Shown: piece by piece, positions 10,233 to 20,002 of the stretch | How the letters are laid out: every line of letters begins with the position of its first letter | Numbering within the stretch: the first letter of the stretch is position 1 | NCBI GenBank assembly: GCA_963555825.3 | Contig: CAUVXB020000002.1 | Span: 512,001 to 576,000 of the forward strand | Source: Alphaproteobacteria bacterium | GTDB lineage: Bacteria; Pseudomonadota; Alphaproteobacteria; JAAXGF01 | Length of the DNA stretch: 64,000 nt | Direction: 5' to 3' | Made by a program: the position numbers and the translations under genes | The notes under the pieces: model-generated | What the model was told of the DNA's origin: nothing | Seen by the model: only the letters and a program-made list of their open reading frames with translations | Databases searched by the model: none

Positions 10233-11255
10233 TCAGAGAAGGTATCGGCTGAGCGCGCCGTGCTTGTAGCTAGGCTTGCCGAGGCGATCGAGGGTGATGA
10301 GACCAGGTTCGGCTCGAATGACGTCAGGAATCCGATTGACGATCGAACTGCAGGTGATGAAGCGGTAGGGCACAGTATCGTTTCGGAGATGAAGCTCTGG
10401 CTCGCCTCTGACCCGCCATTCGTTCGTGTCGGTTTCGCCTTCGCGGTAGACCCGCCCCTCCATTGCAAAGGAAAAGCGGGGGCCCTCGATCGTCTCGATT
10501 TCGGTGGTGTCCACAATGCCCAGCAGGTGGCCGGCCGGCACCGTACGCTTAAGGCTGAGACATGGCGTCGGTTCATCGGCAAGAACCGGCGCCACTTGTG
10601 ACGATATGGTCGAGACCGTTAATTTAAGCTCAGCGATCAGCGCCTCGAGTGTCTGGCGCGCGACAAATTCGGGCCAACCGTGTTCGGCGACGTGTCGTTC
10701 GAAGGATTCAGGCGTATCGCCTACGTGGACGTGAGCGGCGACATCTGGCCCATAGTCGTCAACATTCCACAAGCAGCGCCCCTCGACCGCCTCCACTTTA
10801 TGCGACGCGCCCAGAAGAGTCCCGACGAGGTGCATCCAGAACACATCCTGGGCGCCCGAAGCGGCGAGTGTGACCCCGTTGGCCTTGGCGAGAGTGTCGA
10901 GTTCCGCAGCATGGCCCGGAGCCGAATTCCAAGGAAAGACCGTCTCCTCCTCAATCGTGATGACGTTCACCTTGTGCTCTAGGCAGACGGCAAAATGGTC
11001 GCGCATGGTGCTTAGGTAGCTGCTACCGCAGACCACGGCGATATCGGCCCCGTCCGCGAGCGCCCGGTGGGGGTCCGAGTCGACCGCGACGCCAATCTTC
11101 CGCCCGAGACCTGCCACGTCTCCGAGGTCGCGCCCGACCTTCTCGGGGCTACGCCCGACAGCGCCGACAATCTTCACACTCTTGTCGAGCAACAGGCGTG
11201 TCAGGATCGACCCCATCTCCCCGACTCCATAGACGACAGCGCGCAGATCACGCAT
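10233..11255 (-). CDS. Dihydrodipicolinate reductase-like / 2,4-diaminopentanoate dehydrogenase-like NAD(P)-binding protein
   Basis: N-terminal YGVGEMG Rossmann motif, VNRIPDVI.AEPG C-terminal motif. Confidence 0.75.
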   Translation of the reverse strand: MRDLRAVVYGVGEMGSILTRLLLDKSVKIVGAVGRSPEKVGRDLGDVAGLGRKIGVAVDSDPHRALADGADIAVVCGSSYLSTMRDHFAVCLEHKVNVITIEEETVFPWNSAPGHAAELDTLAKANGVTLAASGAQDVFWMHLVGTLLGASHKVEAVEGRCLWNVDDYGPDVAAHVHVGDTPESFERHVAEHGWPEFVARQTLEALIAELKLTVSTISSQVAPVLADEPTPCLSLKRTVPAGHLLGIVDTTEIETIEGPRFSFAMEGRVYREGETDTNEWRVRGEPELHLRNDTVPYRFITCSSIVNRIPDVIRAEPGLITLDRLGKPSYKHGALSRYLL

Positions 11256-11667
11256 CAGCCTGAACGCCCTCTCGGATTTGCCGTTCGTAGTCCGCCGCAT
11301 CATATCCGCCGTCCGCTTCAAGGATGAGCAGATCGTCGGAAAGCCGCCAGTTTTGCCAACCGGCTATCCGCACCATATTGCCTGTGCCACCGGGTCCGCT
11401 GTTCGTGCCTTCAAGTGTCCAGAGGTAGATCGCCTGATTCCCCCCCGACCTAAGATCATCCATGCGCAAAACCAGATCGGGAAAATCTTCGAAGAAGGCC
11501 CCCATCGCTTCAGCGATTGCGGGTCGACCGAGAGTTGGCTCCCCCGCGTTGATGATGCTTGATGCGTTCTCTGCGAAGAAAGACGCAACGACCTCGCCAG
11601 ATCGAGAACACCAAGCCTGCGTTTAGCCTTCCGCCACTTGACGGATATCTGCAGGGTCCAAGGGCAT
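11248..11667 (-). pseudogene. SnoaL-like/ester cyclase (NTF2 fold) with in-frame TAA at 11623-11625
   Basis: MPLDPADIRQVAEG*TQAWCS...FPDL...WTLEGTN; GGAG RBS before ATG at 11667. Confidence 0.7.
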
Positions 11668-11713
11668 CGTGGACTCCTTTCAAGAAAACATTGGTCTGGG
11701 GCCTATCGAAAGG

Positions 11714-11987
11714 CTAGCCCGGATTTCTCACCATAGACAGGCGCGTCATCGCGTCGGGCGGTCGCCGATCCGCCAGGAGAAGGACGCAGAGCGTGGCCTG
11801 GGCCACGGTCAAGGCCTTCGACGCCGCGGGCGGCCCGCCCGGCGCGACCCGAAGGGCGGCGGATCTCGGACGACAGGCCGCGTAAAAGCGCTTGCCCGAT
11901 GCGGCAGCATCGCGCCGCGCGCTTTTCCTAGCCTGTCGGCCGATATCCGCCGTGCCGCACCTGTCCTTGGCGAGAAAGCCGGGCTAG
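11714..11987 (+). repeat. ~275-bp structured MITE-like repeat, copy 1
   Basis: CTAG at both ends, long terminal IR, internal hairpins; close homologue inverted at 38880-39155. Confidence 0.85.
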
Positions 11988-12112
11988 GCAGCAAAGGCGG
12001 GAATGTCGACCAAGATCATTACCGCTAGTGATGCGGTGGACGGCTCCCACCCGCAGGCATCTAGGTGCCAAAATGGTGGTTTCGATGAACCACAGGGAAA
12101 TAGGAGCCGTCC

Positions 12113-13135
12113 ATGAACGAAGTTATCACGATCGGTGTTGATCTTGCGAAGAACGTATTTCAGGTGCATGGCGTTGACGCCGAGGGAACCGTGGTCGTCC
12201 GCCGTCAGTTGAGGCGGCGTCAGGTGCTGGCCTTCTTCGAGAAACAGCCGCCCTGCCTGGTTGGTATGGAGGCATGTGCGACCGCGCATTACTGGGCGCG
12301 GGAGATCGCGGCGCTTGGGCATGAGGTCAAGCTGATGCCGCCGCGCTATGTGAAGCCCTACGTGAAGCGGAACAAGAATGACGCTGCCGATGCGGAGGCT
12401 ATTTGCGAGGCCGTCACGCGCCCGACGATGCGCTTTGTCGCGGTGAAGAGCGTCGAGCAGCAGAGCGTTCTGATGCTGCACCGAACGCGCGAGCTTCTGG
12501 TCCGCCAGAGAACCATGCTGGTCAACGCTACGCGGGCGCACATGGCGGAGTTCGGGGTGGTGGCGCGAACCGGGTTGCCGCAGGTCAAGGAGCTGCTCGC
12601 GGTGATCAGCGATGAGGCGGATGAGCGCATTCCGCCCCTGGCGCGGACTTGCCTGGAAGGGCTGGCGCGGCAGTTGCTGTCGCTGGAGCGGGAGATCGTC
12701 GGCGCTGAGAGGCGTATCCACGCCTGGCACCGGACGAACGAAGAGAGCCTGCGTCTCGAAACCACACCCGGCATCGGACCGATCACGGCGAGCGCGCTGG
12801 CATCTTCGATTGCCAATCCGTCGATCTTCAAATCGGGCCGCTCAATGGCCGCTTGGATCGGGCTGGTGCCAAGACAGAACTCGACCGGTGGCAAGGAGCG
12901 CATGGGGCGGATCTCCAAGCAGGGCGATCAATACCTGCGCTGGCTGCTGGTCGCCGGCGCCATGACGGTCATCCGCCACGCCAAGCGACGCGGCACGACC
13001 GATCCATGGCTTGCCAACATCATCGCCGACAAGCCGACCAAGGTCGCGGCCGTGGCGCTGGCCAACAAGAACGCCCGCATTGCCTGGGCGCTTCTGAGAC
13101 ATGGCGGAACCTATCGCAGGCCCGCGACGGCCTAG
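12113..13135 (+). CDS. IS110-family recombinase/transposase
   Basis: GVDLAK, MEAC, KNDAADA, STGG..ISKQG, VALANK. Confidence 0.95.
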   Translation: MNEVITIGVDLAKNVFQVHGVDAEGTVVVRRQLRRRQVLAFFEKQPPCLVGMEACATAHYWAREIAALGHEVKLMPPRYVKPYVKRNKNDAADAEAICEAVTRPTMRFVAVKSVEQQSVLMLHRTRELLVRQRTMLVNATRAHMAEFGVVARTGLPQVKELLAVISDEADERIPPLARTCLEGLARQLLSLEREIVGAERRIHAWHRTNEESLRLETTPGIGPITASALASSIANPSIFKSGRSMAAWIGLVPRQNSTGGKERMGRISKQGDQYLRWLLVAGAMTVIRHAKRRGTTDPWLANIIADKPTKVAAVALANKNARIAWALLRHGGTYRRPATA

Positions 13136-13169
13136 GCCGACGAAAACAAGGCGTTCACGAGTTTGGCGG

Positions 13170-13350
13170 AGTGTAAGTGACGTAATGCAAAATCGGTCGA
13201 ACCGAGGATCGGGAAAACCCGCTATAGCCACGGCGCCTCGAGCGCGTGCTTATGACTGGGACCCGACCCCGCGGATCGCATTAGGGCCAGCGGCCATGTA
13301 CGCCGCACCAAAAGGCCGGACACATGGCAGCACCCGACCAGCTTGCATCA
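13170..13350 (+). ncRNA. Putative bridge/seek RNA of element B (approximate)
   Basis: Target guides 13223-13231 and 13248-13254; donor guides 13303-13310 and 13320-13327; scaffold shared with element C. Confidence 0.78.
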
Positions 13351-13434
13351 ACGTCACAAAATCTCTTGCCAACAGGGGGCCGTCCACACATGGCTATGTG
13401 TGGACGGCCCCGATTTGGCAAGGGTTGTTTTGAC

Positions 13435-13615
13435 GGTCATGCAAGTTGGTCGGGTGCGGCTATGTGTCCGGCCTGTTGATGCGGTGCTCTTGACCGCTGG
13501 CCCTAATGCGATCCGCGGGATCGGGTCCCAACTAAACCCACGAGCTCGAGGCTCCCTAGCCATGACGGGTTTCTCCGATCCCCGGTATTCGACCGGTCTT
13601 GCATTACCTCACGAT
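13435..13615 (-). ncRNA. Putative bridge/seek RNA of element C (approximate)
   Basis: Scaffold conserved with element B RNA, differences concentrated in guide loops (13533-13539, 13557-13564). Confidence 0.75.
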
Positions 13616-13635
13616 CACCCTGCCAAAGGGTTTAA

Positions 13636-14810
13636 TACCAGTGAGCCTATGAAATCACCTTCATGATCCATGGATAGGCGCAGAGGGTTCGCATACGATC
13701 CGGTTCTGCGATGAGGTCGATCCATGCTTGGCAACAGGCGTCGATGATGGCCTCGGTGTCGTCGAGGACGCGGAGCGATAGGAAGCGTTCGCGTAGGTAG
13801 AGCCAAACCCGCTCGACGGGGTTGAGTTCGGGACTGTAAGGCGGCAACAGCGCCAAGGTGACGTTGTCGGGGACGGTGAGGGCGCGCTCGTCGTGCCAAC
13901 CGGCGCCGTCGCACATCATGACGGCGTGCGCATCCTGGTCCAGGGTATCGGCGAAGTGTGCGAGAAACAGGTCCATGACCTTGGCGTTGACGCTCGGCAT
14001 CACCAGGGTGACGTCGTCGCCGGTGTCCGGGCGCACGGCGGAGAAGATGTAGGCCCACTGGTAGCCGATTTGACGCGTCCCGGGGGCACGCTCGCCCCTG
14101 CGCCACCACCGGTGACACACCCGGCCCTTGTTGCCGACGCGCGCTTCATCCTGAAACCACAGCTGTAGGCGCTTGTCGGGATGCGCCGCGGCGGTCGCCT
14201 TCAGGATGTCGCGAAGCCCCCTTTTTTGAAGCGCTCCTGCGCTTCGGCGTCCCTTCGCGGGTGGCTCGGGCGCGCCTTCTGGCGGGAAAATCCCATCCGC
14301 CGTAGAACCCGGGTCATGCTCGAGGGGTGGTAGGTCTTGGCGAAGCGCTCCTCCAGCCAGCGGCACAGATCGGCCCGGGTCCAGGCGCAAACCCCGTCGC
14401 GCTCAGGCTCCGGCCCGGCGATGATGACCGCCGCCAGCGCCGCTTCCTCGTCTGCCGTCAGCCGCCGCGGCGAGTAGCCCTTTGGACGGTCGTGAAGCCC
14501 CTCCAATCCCTTTGCATTGTAACGAACAACCGCGTCGCGAAGCGTTTGGCGATCCATCCCCGCAAGCCGCGCGGCATCAGCCCGGGGCATCTCCTCCAAA
14601 GCATTCGCGATCCCATAGGCCCGCGCCGCCGCTCGACCGTACGATTCCACGCGAGCCCAGCGCCGAAGCTCCAAAGGCGTCAAATCATCCCGTATCTTGA
14701 GTGCTGATCCCATGACATCCCCCACATCTGGTGGGAGACCATAGAATCACAATCCGCCATCATCCGCCATCAATGAATATCCCGAGAGTCAATTCAGGCG
14801 CTCACTGGTA
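13636..14810 (-). mobile_element. IS630-family element (orfA 14201-14713, orfB ending 13647, AAAAAAGGGGG frameshift)
   Basis: TA duplication, TIR TACCAGTGAGC, WFQDEARVG/DGAGWH/SPELNPVE; second copy at 31642-32816. Confidence 0.93.
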
Positions 14811-14823
14811 TCAGGCGTCTGTC

Positions 14824-15855
14824 TCAAGCGGCGGTGACTGCTGGCTGACGGTAGGTTCCACCGTTGGCGAGCAGCGCCCAGGCGGTTCGTGCGTTCTTGT
14901 TGGCCAGCGCCACGGCGGCGAGCTTGGTCGGTTTGCGCGCCATGAGATCGCCCAGCCAGGGGTTCTTCTCGAAGTTTGATCTTCGCCCGTGGCGTATCAC
15001 CGTCATGGCGCCGGCGACGAGCAGCCACCGGAGGTAGTGGTCACCCGCCTTGGAGATGCGGCCGAGCCGCTGCTTGCCGCCGGTCGAGGTCTGTCTGGGC
15101 ACCAGACCGATCCAAGCCGCCAGTTCACGCCCCGATCTGAACACCGAAGGGTCGGCGATCGAGGCCGCCAGCGCACTCGCCGTGAGCGGTCCGATGCCGG
15201 GAATGGTCGCCAGACGTTGGCTGACCTCGGTCGCTCGATGCCAGGCATGAATGCGCTGCTCGGTGGTGGTGATCTCACGCTCCAGCGATAACAACTGCCG
15301 CGCCAGTCCTTCCAGGCATGTCCGTGCCAGTGGCGGGATGCGTTCATCGCCCTCATCAGCGATGACCGCGAGGAGTTCCTTCACCTGCGGCAGCCCGACC
15401 CGGGCGACAACCCCGAACTCCGCCATGTGCGCGCGGATCGCATTGACCAGCATGGTCCGCTGCCGGACCAGGAGTTCGCGCGTCCGGTGGTCCATCAACA
15501 CGCTCTGCTGCGCGGCCGTCTTGACCGCCACGAAACGCATCGATGGCCGCGTTACCGCTTCGCAGATCGCTTCGGCATCCGCCGCGTCGTTCTTGTTGCG
15601 CTTGACGTAGGGCTTCACGTAAGCCGCCGGCATGATGCGCACCTCATGGCCAAGCGCCCCGAGTTCCCGCGCCCAATGGTGCGACGTCGCGCAGGCCTCG
15701 ATACCGACCAGACAAGCCGGCTGCTTGCTGAAGAACGGCACAACCTGGCGGCGCCTCAGTTGCCGGCGGATCACGGTCTCGCCTGAGACATCGACCCCGT
15801 GAACCTGGAAAACGTTCTTCGCAAGATCAAGTCCGATCGTGTTAACCTCGGTCAT
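14824..15855 (-). CDS. IS110-family recombinase/transposase of element C (cut off from its RBS by IS1595)
   Basis: GLDLAK, IEAC, KNDAADA; close paralogue of 12113-13135. Confidence 0.93.
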   Translation of the reverse strand: MTEVNTIGLDLAKNVFQVHGVDVSGETVIRRQLRRRQVVPFFSKQPACLVGIEACATSHHWARELGALGHEVRIMPAAYVKPYVKRNKNDAADAEAICEAVTRPSMRFVAVKTAAQQSVLMDHRTRELLVRQRTMLVNAIRAHMAEFGVVARVGLPQVKELLAVIADEGDERIPPLARTCLEGLARQLLSLEREITTTEQRIHAWHRATEVSQRLATIPGIGPLTASALAASIADPSVFRSGRELAAWIGLVPRQTSTGGKQRLGRISKAGDHYLRWLLVAGAMTVIRHGRRSNFEKNPWLGDLMARKPTKLAAVALANKNARTAWALLANGGTYRQPAVTAA

Positions 15856-15857
15856 AG

Positions 15858-16962
15858 CTTGCCTATCCGGTTAACGCCCATGACCGCTACATGTAGGGTG
15901 CCGCCACTCTCCCGAGTAAAGCTCGGCATAGGTTGGAGCAGAGGTGTCGCCCGCGATGCCGAGCAATGAGCGGAAGGCGTTGAACGGGTAGAACCGCCTG
16001 TTGAAGCGGAAGGTGAACTCGTTGAGGTAGGCTTGTAGGTGCTGGTGGCTAACGCCGTGGTGGATACCGATCAGCCACGTCTTCAGGTTGGCGAAAACCA
16101 GATGGATGATCGGCAGGTATTGCTCGGCAACCTCTGGATCACCACACTCGGCAACAGCGAAGTGCTCATAGCCGCGCTTACCGAGGCCAGCATAGCCGCT
16201 CCAATCGTCAGTAACGATCAGCGATCCCGGCGCGACGGTGCTCTCGACGAACCCACAGAGCGACTCGGCGCTACGGTCGAGCACGACGGCGAGCCGAACG
16301 CGTCCGGCATAGCGTCCGTCTTTCCGGTTGTCGAGCTTGGTGCCCGGCTTTCGATGACGCACCTCGATGGCACAGGAGACGAGAACCTTGTGGTGAACAC
16401 CACGGCCTTCCCCACGCGTTCGCCCGCCAACCCAGGTTTCGTCCACCTCAACATGGTTCTTGGGCTGTCCACCGATCCTGTCTTGGTTGGGCCGCACCAT
16501 GCCCGAGCGGAGCTTGTGGAGAATTTGAAAGGCCGTCTCGTAGCGCGAAAGACCAAGTTGCCGCTGAAACTGCACGGCGGACATGCCGGGCGTCTGACTG
16601 GCGACCAGATAAGCGGCCCAGAACCAGACGTTCAGCGGAGTGTGGCTACGCTCCATCACTGTTCCCACCGTCAGCCCGGTGTTCTGGCGGCACTTGCGGC
16701 AGCGCAGGACGCCAGGGCGGTTTTCAAAGTGGAACGGCTCTCCCGCCGTGCCGCAGTGCGGGCAGGCAAAGCCGTCTCCCCAGCGGGCTTTCTCCAGGTA
16801 GGCGGCGCAGGCCGCATCATCGGGGAAAAGTCGCTGGAACTCGGGTAGCGAATGCGGGAATGGGAGATCGGCGCGGTCGAGAACATCCATGGCGCGCTCC
16901 CCTATATCCGGTTTGCGCCCATTCTAGCCCTAGTGGGTGTGGGTGTAAACCGGATAGGCAAG
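15858..16962 (-). mobile_element. IS1595-family element
   Basis: TIR CTTGCCTATCCGGTT; 8-bp TSD GGTCATAG (15850-15857 / 16963-16970). Confidence 0.93.
15871..16890 (-). CDS. IS1595-family transposase
   Basis: CPHCG..CRKC Zn ribbon, VEVDET, VTDDWSGY, YLNEF.FRFNRR. Confidence 0.93.
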   Translation of the reverse strand: MDVLDRADLPFPHSLPEFQRLFPDDAACAAYLEKARWGDGFACPHCGTAGEPFHFENRPGVLRCRKCRQNTGLTVGTVMERSHTPLNVWFWAAYLVASQTPGMSAVQFQRQLGLSRYETAFQILHKLRSGMVRPNQDRIGGQPKNHVEVDETWVGGRTRGEGRGVHHKVLVSCAIEVRHRKPGTKLDNRKDGRYAGRVRLAVVLDRSAESLCGFVESTVAPGSLIVTDDWSGYAGLGKRGYEHFAVAECGDPEVAEQYLPIIHLVFANLKTWLIGIHHGVSHQHLQAYLNEFTFRFNRRFYPFNAFRSLLGIAGDTSAPTYAELYSGEWRHPTCSGHGR

Positions 16963-17020
16963 GGTCATAGGACGGCTCCTTTGTAAGTGATCAGCCAACA
17001 GCTACCACTTCTGGCACTTA

Positions 17021-18182
17021 TACCAACGGCACTAATTATTGACCTGAAATCGCCCAATCTCTCATTCCGATGGACATGATCGTCTCGGGCTGGTCGATTA
17101 GTTTGTTCCAGGCTTGGCAACCGGCCTCGATGATGGCGTCGTAATCTTCGAAGACGCGGTTAGAGAGCCAATTCTGGCGGAGGTATTGCCAGATGTTCTC
17201 GACCGGGTTCAGCTCGGGCGAGCGCGATGGCAGCAGGATGATGGTGAGGTTCTTGGGGACCTTGAGCTGGTCGGTGCTGTGCCACCCGGCGCGGTCCATC
17301 AGGACGACGCCATGGGCCTTGGCGGCGACGTTGCAGCTGATCTCGTCGAGATGCATCTGCATGGCGGCTGTGTTGGCGAAGGGGAGCATGAGAGCGGCAC
17401 CCTTGGCTCCCATGGGACAGATTGCGCCAAAGAGGTAGGCGTTCGTGTAGCGCTGATCGGCGGGCAGGCGTGGCCTTGTTCCCTTCTTCGCCCAAATGCG
17501 CACACGCCCGTTCTTCTGTCCCAGCCTGGCCTCGTCTTGGAACCAGATCTCGACCCGCTTGGTCTTGGGCAGACCGGCTAGGTGGGCAGCGAGCGTGCGG
17601 GGGAAGTTTTTTTGAACGCCTCGATCACCCGCTGGTCCTGCTTGGGGTGCTGCGGCCGGGCGCTGATGTGGGAGAAGGACAGCGCGACGAGAAGGTCGGA
17701 GATCGCCCGCTCGCTATAGATCACGCCAAAGCGTTCTTCGATCACCCGTTTCAGGCGCAACCCGCCGCCAGCGAACCACACCGTCAATCTCTGGATCGGG
17801 GCCCGTTTCGACGATCACCGACAGTTCGCCCATCTGCTCGTCGGTCAAGAGCCGGGGGCGGCCCGCACCGGGACGGTTCTTCAAGCCGTCTGCCCCTTCA
17901 TCGTTGAAGCGGTGCGCCCAGTCTCTCAGCGTCTGGCGATCCATGCCGCCGACCTTAGCGGCTTCCGCTCGGCTCATGCCGTCGTAAACCGCCGCCAAGG
18001 CCAAAAGCCGGCGAACTTGGCGGGGATCGCGACTGTGCTTGGCCAAACACCGGAGCTCAATGCTGTCGTAGTCGTCCCGAAGAGCAATGCATACTGACAT
18101 GGCGAATCTCCTTCGCCAGCCTTGAATCACATCCAGCCCAAAAAGGGAATCCCTTGCGAGTCAGAATTTTGCGCCGTTGGTA
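17021..18182 (-). mobile_element. IS630-family element, orfA carries an additional frameshift
   Basis: TA ends, TIR TACCAACGGC; DRAGWH, SPELNPVEN; orfA frame breaks near 17760. Confidence 0.88.
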
Positions 18183-18338
18183 TTAGATGCCGTGTGGGGC
18201 CGTCCACCCCATTATACCCGGACTCGATGGCCGCACCGGAACGATGACCGCTTTCGGACGAATAGCCGACATACGGCGCCGTTTCCTGCTTTCGAGCCCC
18301 GTCAAATTTCAAACTGAAGCACTACCGGCGCCGTCTCA

Positions 18339-19512
18339 TACCGACTCCGCCTGAATGATTCGGTTGCGACGGATTCCCGTTGGAATCGGAAAGGGTTAGG
18401 ATCCGTAGTCATGATTCGCGGAGGGGCGGGACATGGCGCATGTCGAGGAACATTTGCAGCTTTCTGAGTTGGAGGGACGGTATCGCTCGGCGTCGGAGGC
18501 GACGGAGGCGCGGCACTTCCAGGTGATCTGGCTTTTGGCCAAAGGCCATACGGTTCGCGAAGTGTCGGAGATGACGAGTTTCGGCCAACGCTGGCTCGAA
18601 CAATTGCTTTCTCGCTACAACAAGCTCGGCCCGTCGTCGCTGGGCGATCGTCGACGCTCGAACGGCTCCGAGGCGACGATCCTGAAGCCGGAAGTCCTGG
18701 CGGTGTTGAAAGAGCGCCTGAAAAAGCCGCCGGCGGACGGCGGCTTGTGGTCTGGGCCGAAGGTGGCGGCTTGGATGGCGGGCGAACTGGGCTTGGAGAC
18801 GGTGGCGCCGCAACGGGGCTGGGAGGCGCTGAAGGCAGTCGAGTGGAGTTTGCAGGTGCCCAGGCCGAACAACCCCGGGGCGGCGAGCGAGGAAGAACGC
18901 CAGGCGTTTAAAAAAAACTTCACCGCCTGGTCGCGGAAGAAGCCGAGCGCCACCCCGGCACGCCGATCGAAGTCTTCGCCAGCGACGAACACCGGCTCGG
19001 TCTGAAGCCATTGGCCCGGCGCTGCTGGGCGCCGCGCGGGATGCGCCCGGTGGCGCTCGGCCACCACCGCTTCAAATGGCTCTACGTCACCGCCCTCGTC
19101 TCGCCGACCAGCGGAGAGACCTTTTGGTACATCTCCAATTGTGTCTCCAAGCCATTCTTCGAGAAGCTGCTCGCCCTCTTCGCCCGCGAGGCCGGCGCTG
19201 GGCAGAGCCGCATCATCATCCTGGTGATCGACGGCGCCGGGTGGCACACGGCGCCGAACCTCACGGTGCCGGAAGGCCTCCACCTCGTCTACTTGCCGCC
19301 CTATACGCCCCAGCTGCAACCGGCCGAATGTCTCTGGCCCGTACTCGACGAGCCGGTCGCAAACAGACACTTCGAGACCATCGAGGAACTCGACGCCGTC
19401 GTCGCCCGGCGCTGCCTCACTCTCGATGCCAATCCCGAACTCTTCAAGGGGCGTATCGACTTCCACTGGTGGCCCAAAACCATCTATCCGAACTGATCAG
19501 CCGGATGCGGTA
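18339..19512 (+). mobile_element. IS630-family element (orfA from 18433, orfB to 19496, A-run frameshift near 18910)
   Basis: TA ends with imperfect TIR; DGAGWH, PPYTPQLQPAE. Confidence 0.9.
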
Positions 19513-19615
19513 TCACGGCCTTTCACAAGCGCGTGTCGGCACGCCCCGCCGGCTTCCCTCGCGCGCGTCGGATGCGCTAGGCTGTGCCCGACGCGAAAAC
19601 AACGAGGTTGCCGCG

Positions 19616-19984
19616 ATGAAACGGCTCATGCTCGCCGCGCTGGTGGCGCTCGGCCTCTCGGGCCCGGCGGTGGCCGATTACTGGTCGGAATTCGAGGCCG
19701 GCGTCGACGCCTTCGCCGCGGGCCGCCACGACGCCGCGCTGGGCCATTTCCGGCCGCTCGCCGAGCGCGGCGACAACCGCTCGCAATACTGGCTCGGCAT
19801 CATGTTTTTCGAGGGCAAGGGCGTGCCCGAGGACTTCGTGCGCGCCCATATGTGGCTCAGCTTCGCGGCCCGGGGCGGCAACCGCGGCGCGCGCATCGGC
19901 CGCGACGGCATCGCCGACCGCATGAGCGCGGCCGAGATCGCCGAGGCGGAGCGCCTCGCGGCGTCCTGGCAGCCCAGCGAATAG
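19616..19984 (+). CDS. Secreted Sel1-repeat protein
   Basis: Signal peptide; LAERGDNRSQYWLG.M..EGKGVPED...A.MW. Confidence 0.85.
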   Translation: MKRLMLAALVALGLSGPAVADYWSEFEAGVDAFAAGRHDAALGHFRPLAERGDNRSQYWLGIMFFEGKGVPEDFVRAHMWLSFAARGGNRGARIGRDGIADRMSAAEIAEAERLAASWQPSE

Positions 19985-20002
19985 GCCAGGTCGCGCGACC
20001 GT

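Larger units (their letters stand above)
12031..13392 (+). mobile_element. IS110-family (IS1111-type) element B
   Basis: Sub-terminal IRs GTGGACGGC/GCCGTCCAC; TG core at 12029-12030 and 13391-13392. Confidence 0.92.
13395..18212 (-). mobile_element. IS110-family (IS1111-type) element C, carrying three nested ISs
   Basis: Right end at 13397, left end at 18212, TA core at 13395-13396 and 18213-18214; same IR family as element B. Confidence 0.88.
10095..18326. mobile_element. Putative non-autonomous cargo element bounded by 22-bp imperfect inverted repeats (inflated by nested ISs)
   Basis: GGTCGTGTCTCGGTTTGAAATT (10095-10116) vs AATTTCAAACTGAAGCACTACC (18305-18326); lower-GC cargo; flanks rejoin to palindrome GGCGCCCGGGCGCC. 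Confidence 0.5.

Noticed and set aside
11623-11625. Stop-codon recoding in the SnoaL-like gene
   Set aside because: The codon is TAA at a likely Tyr position; nonsense mutation or read error is simpler.
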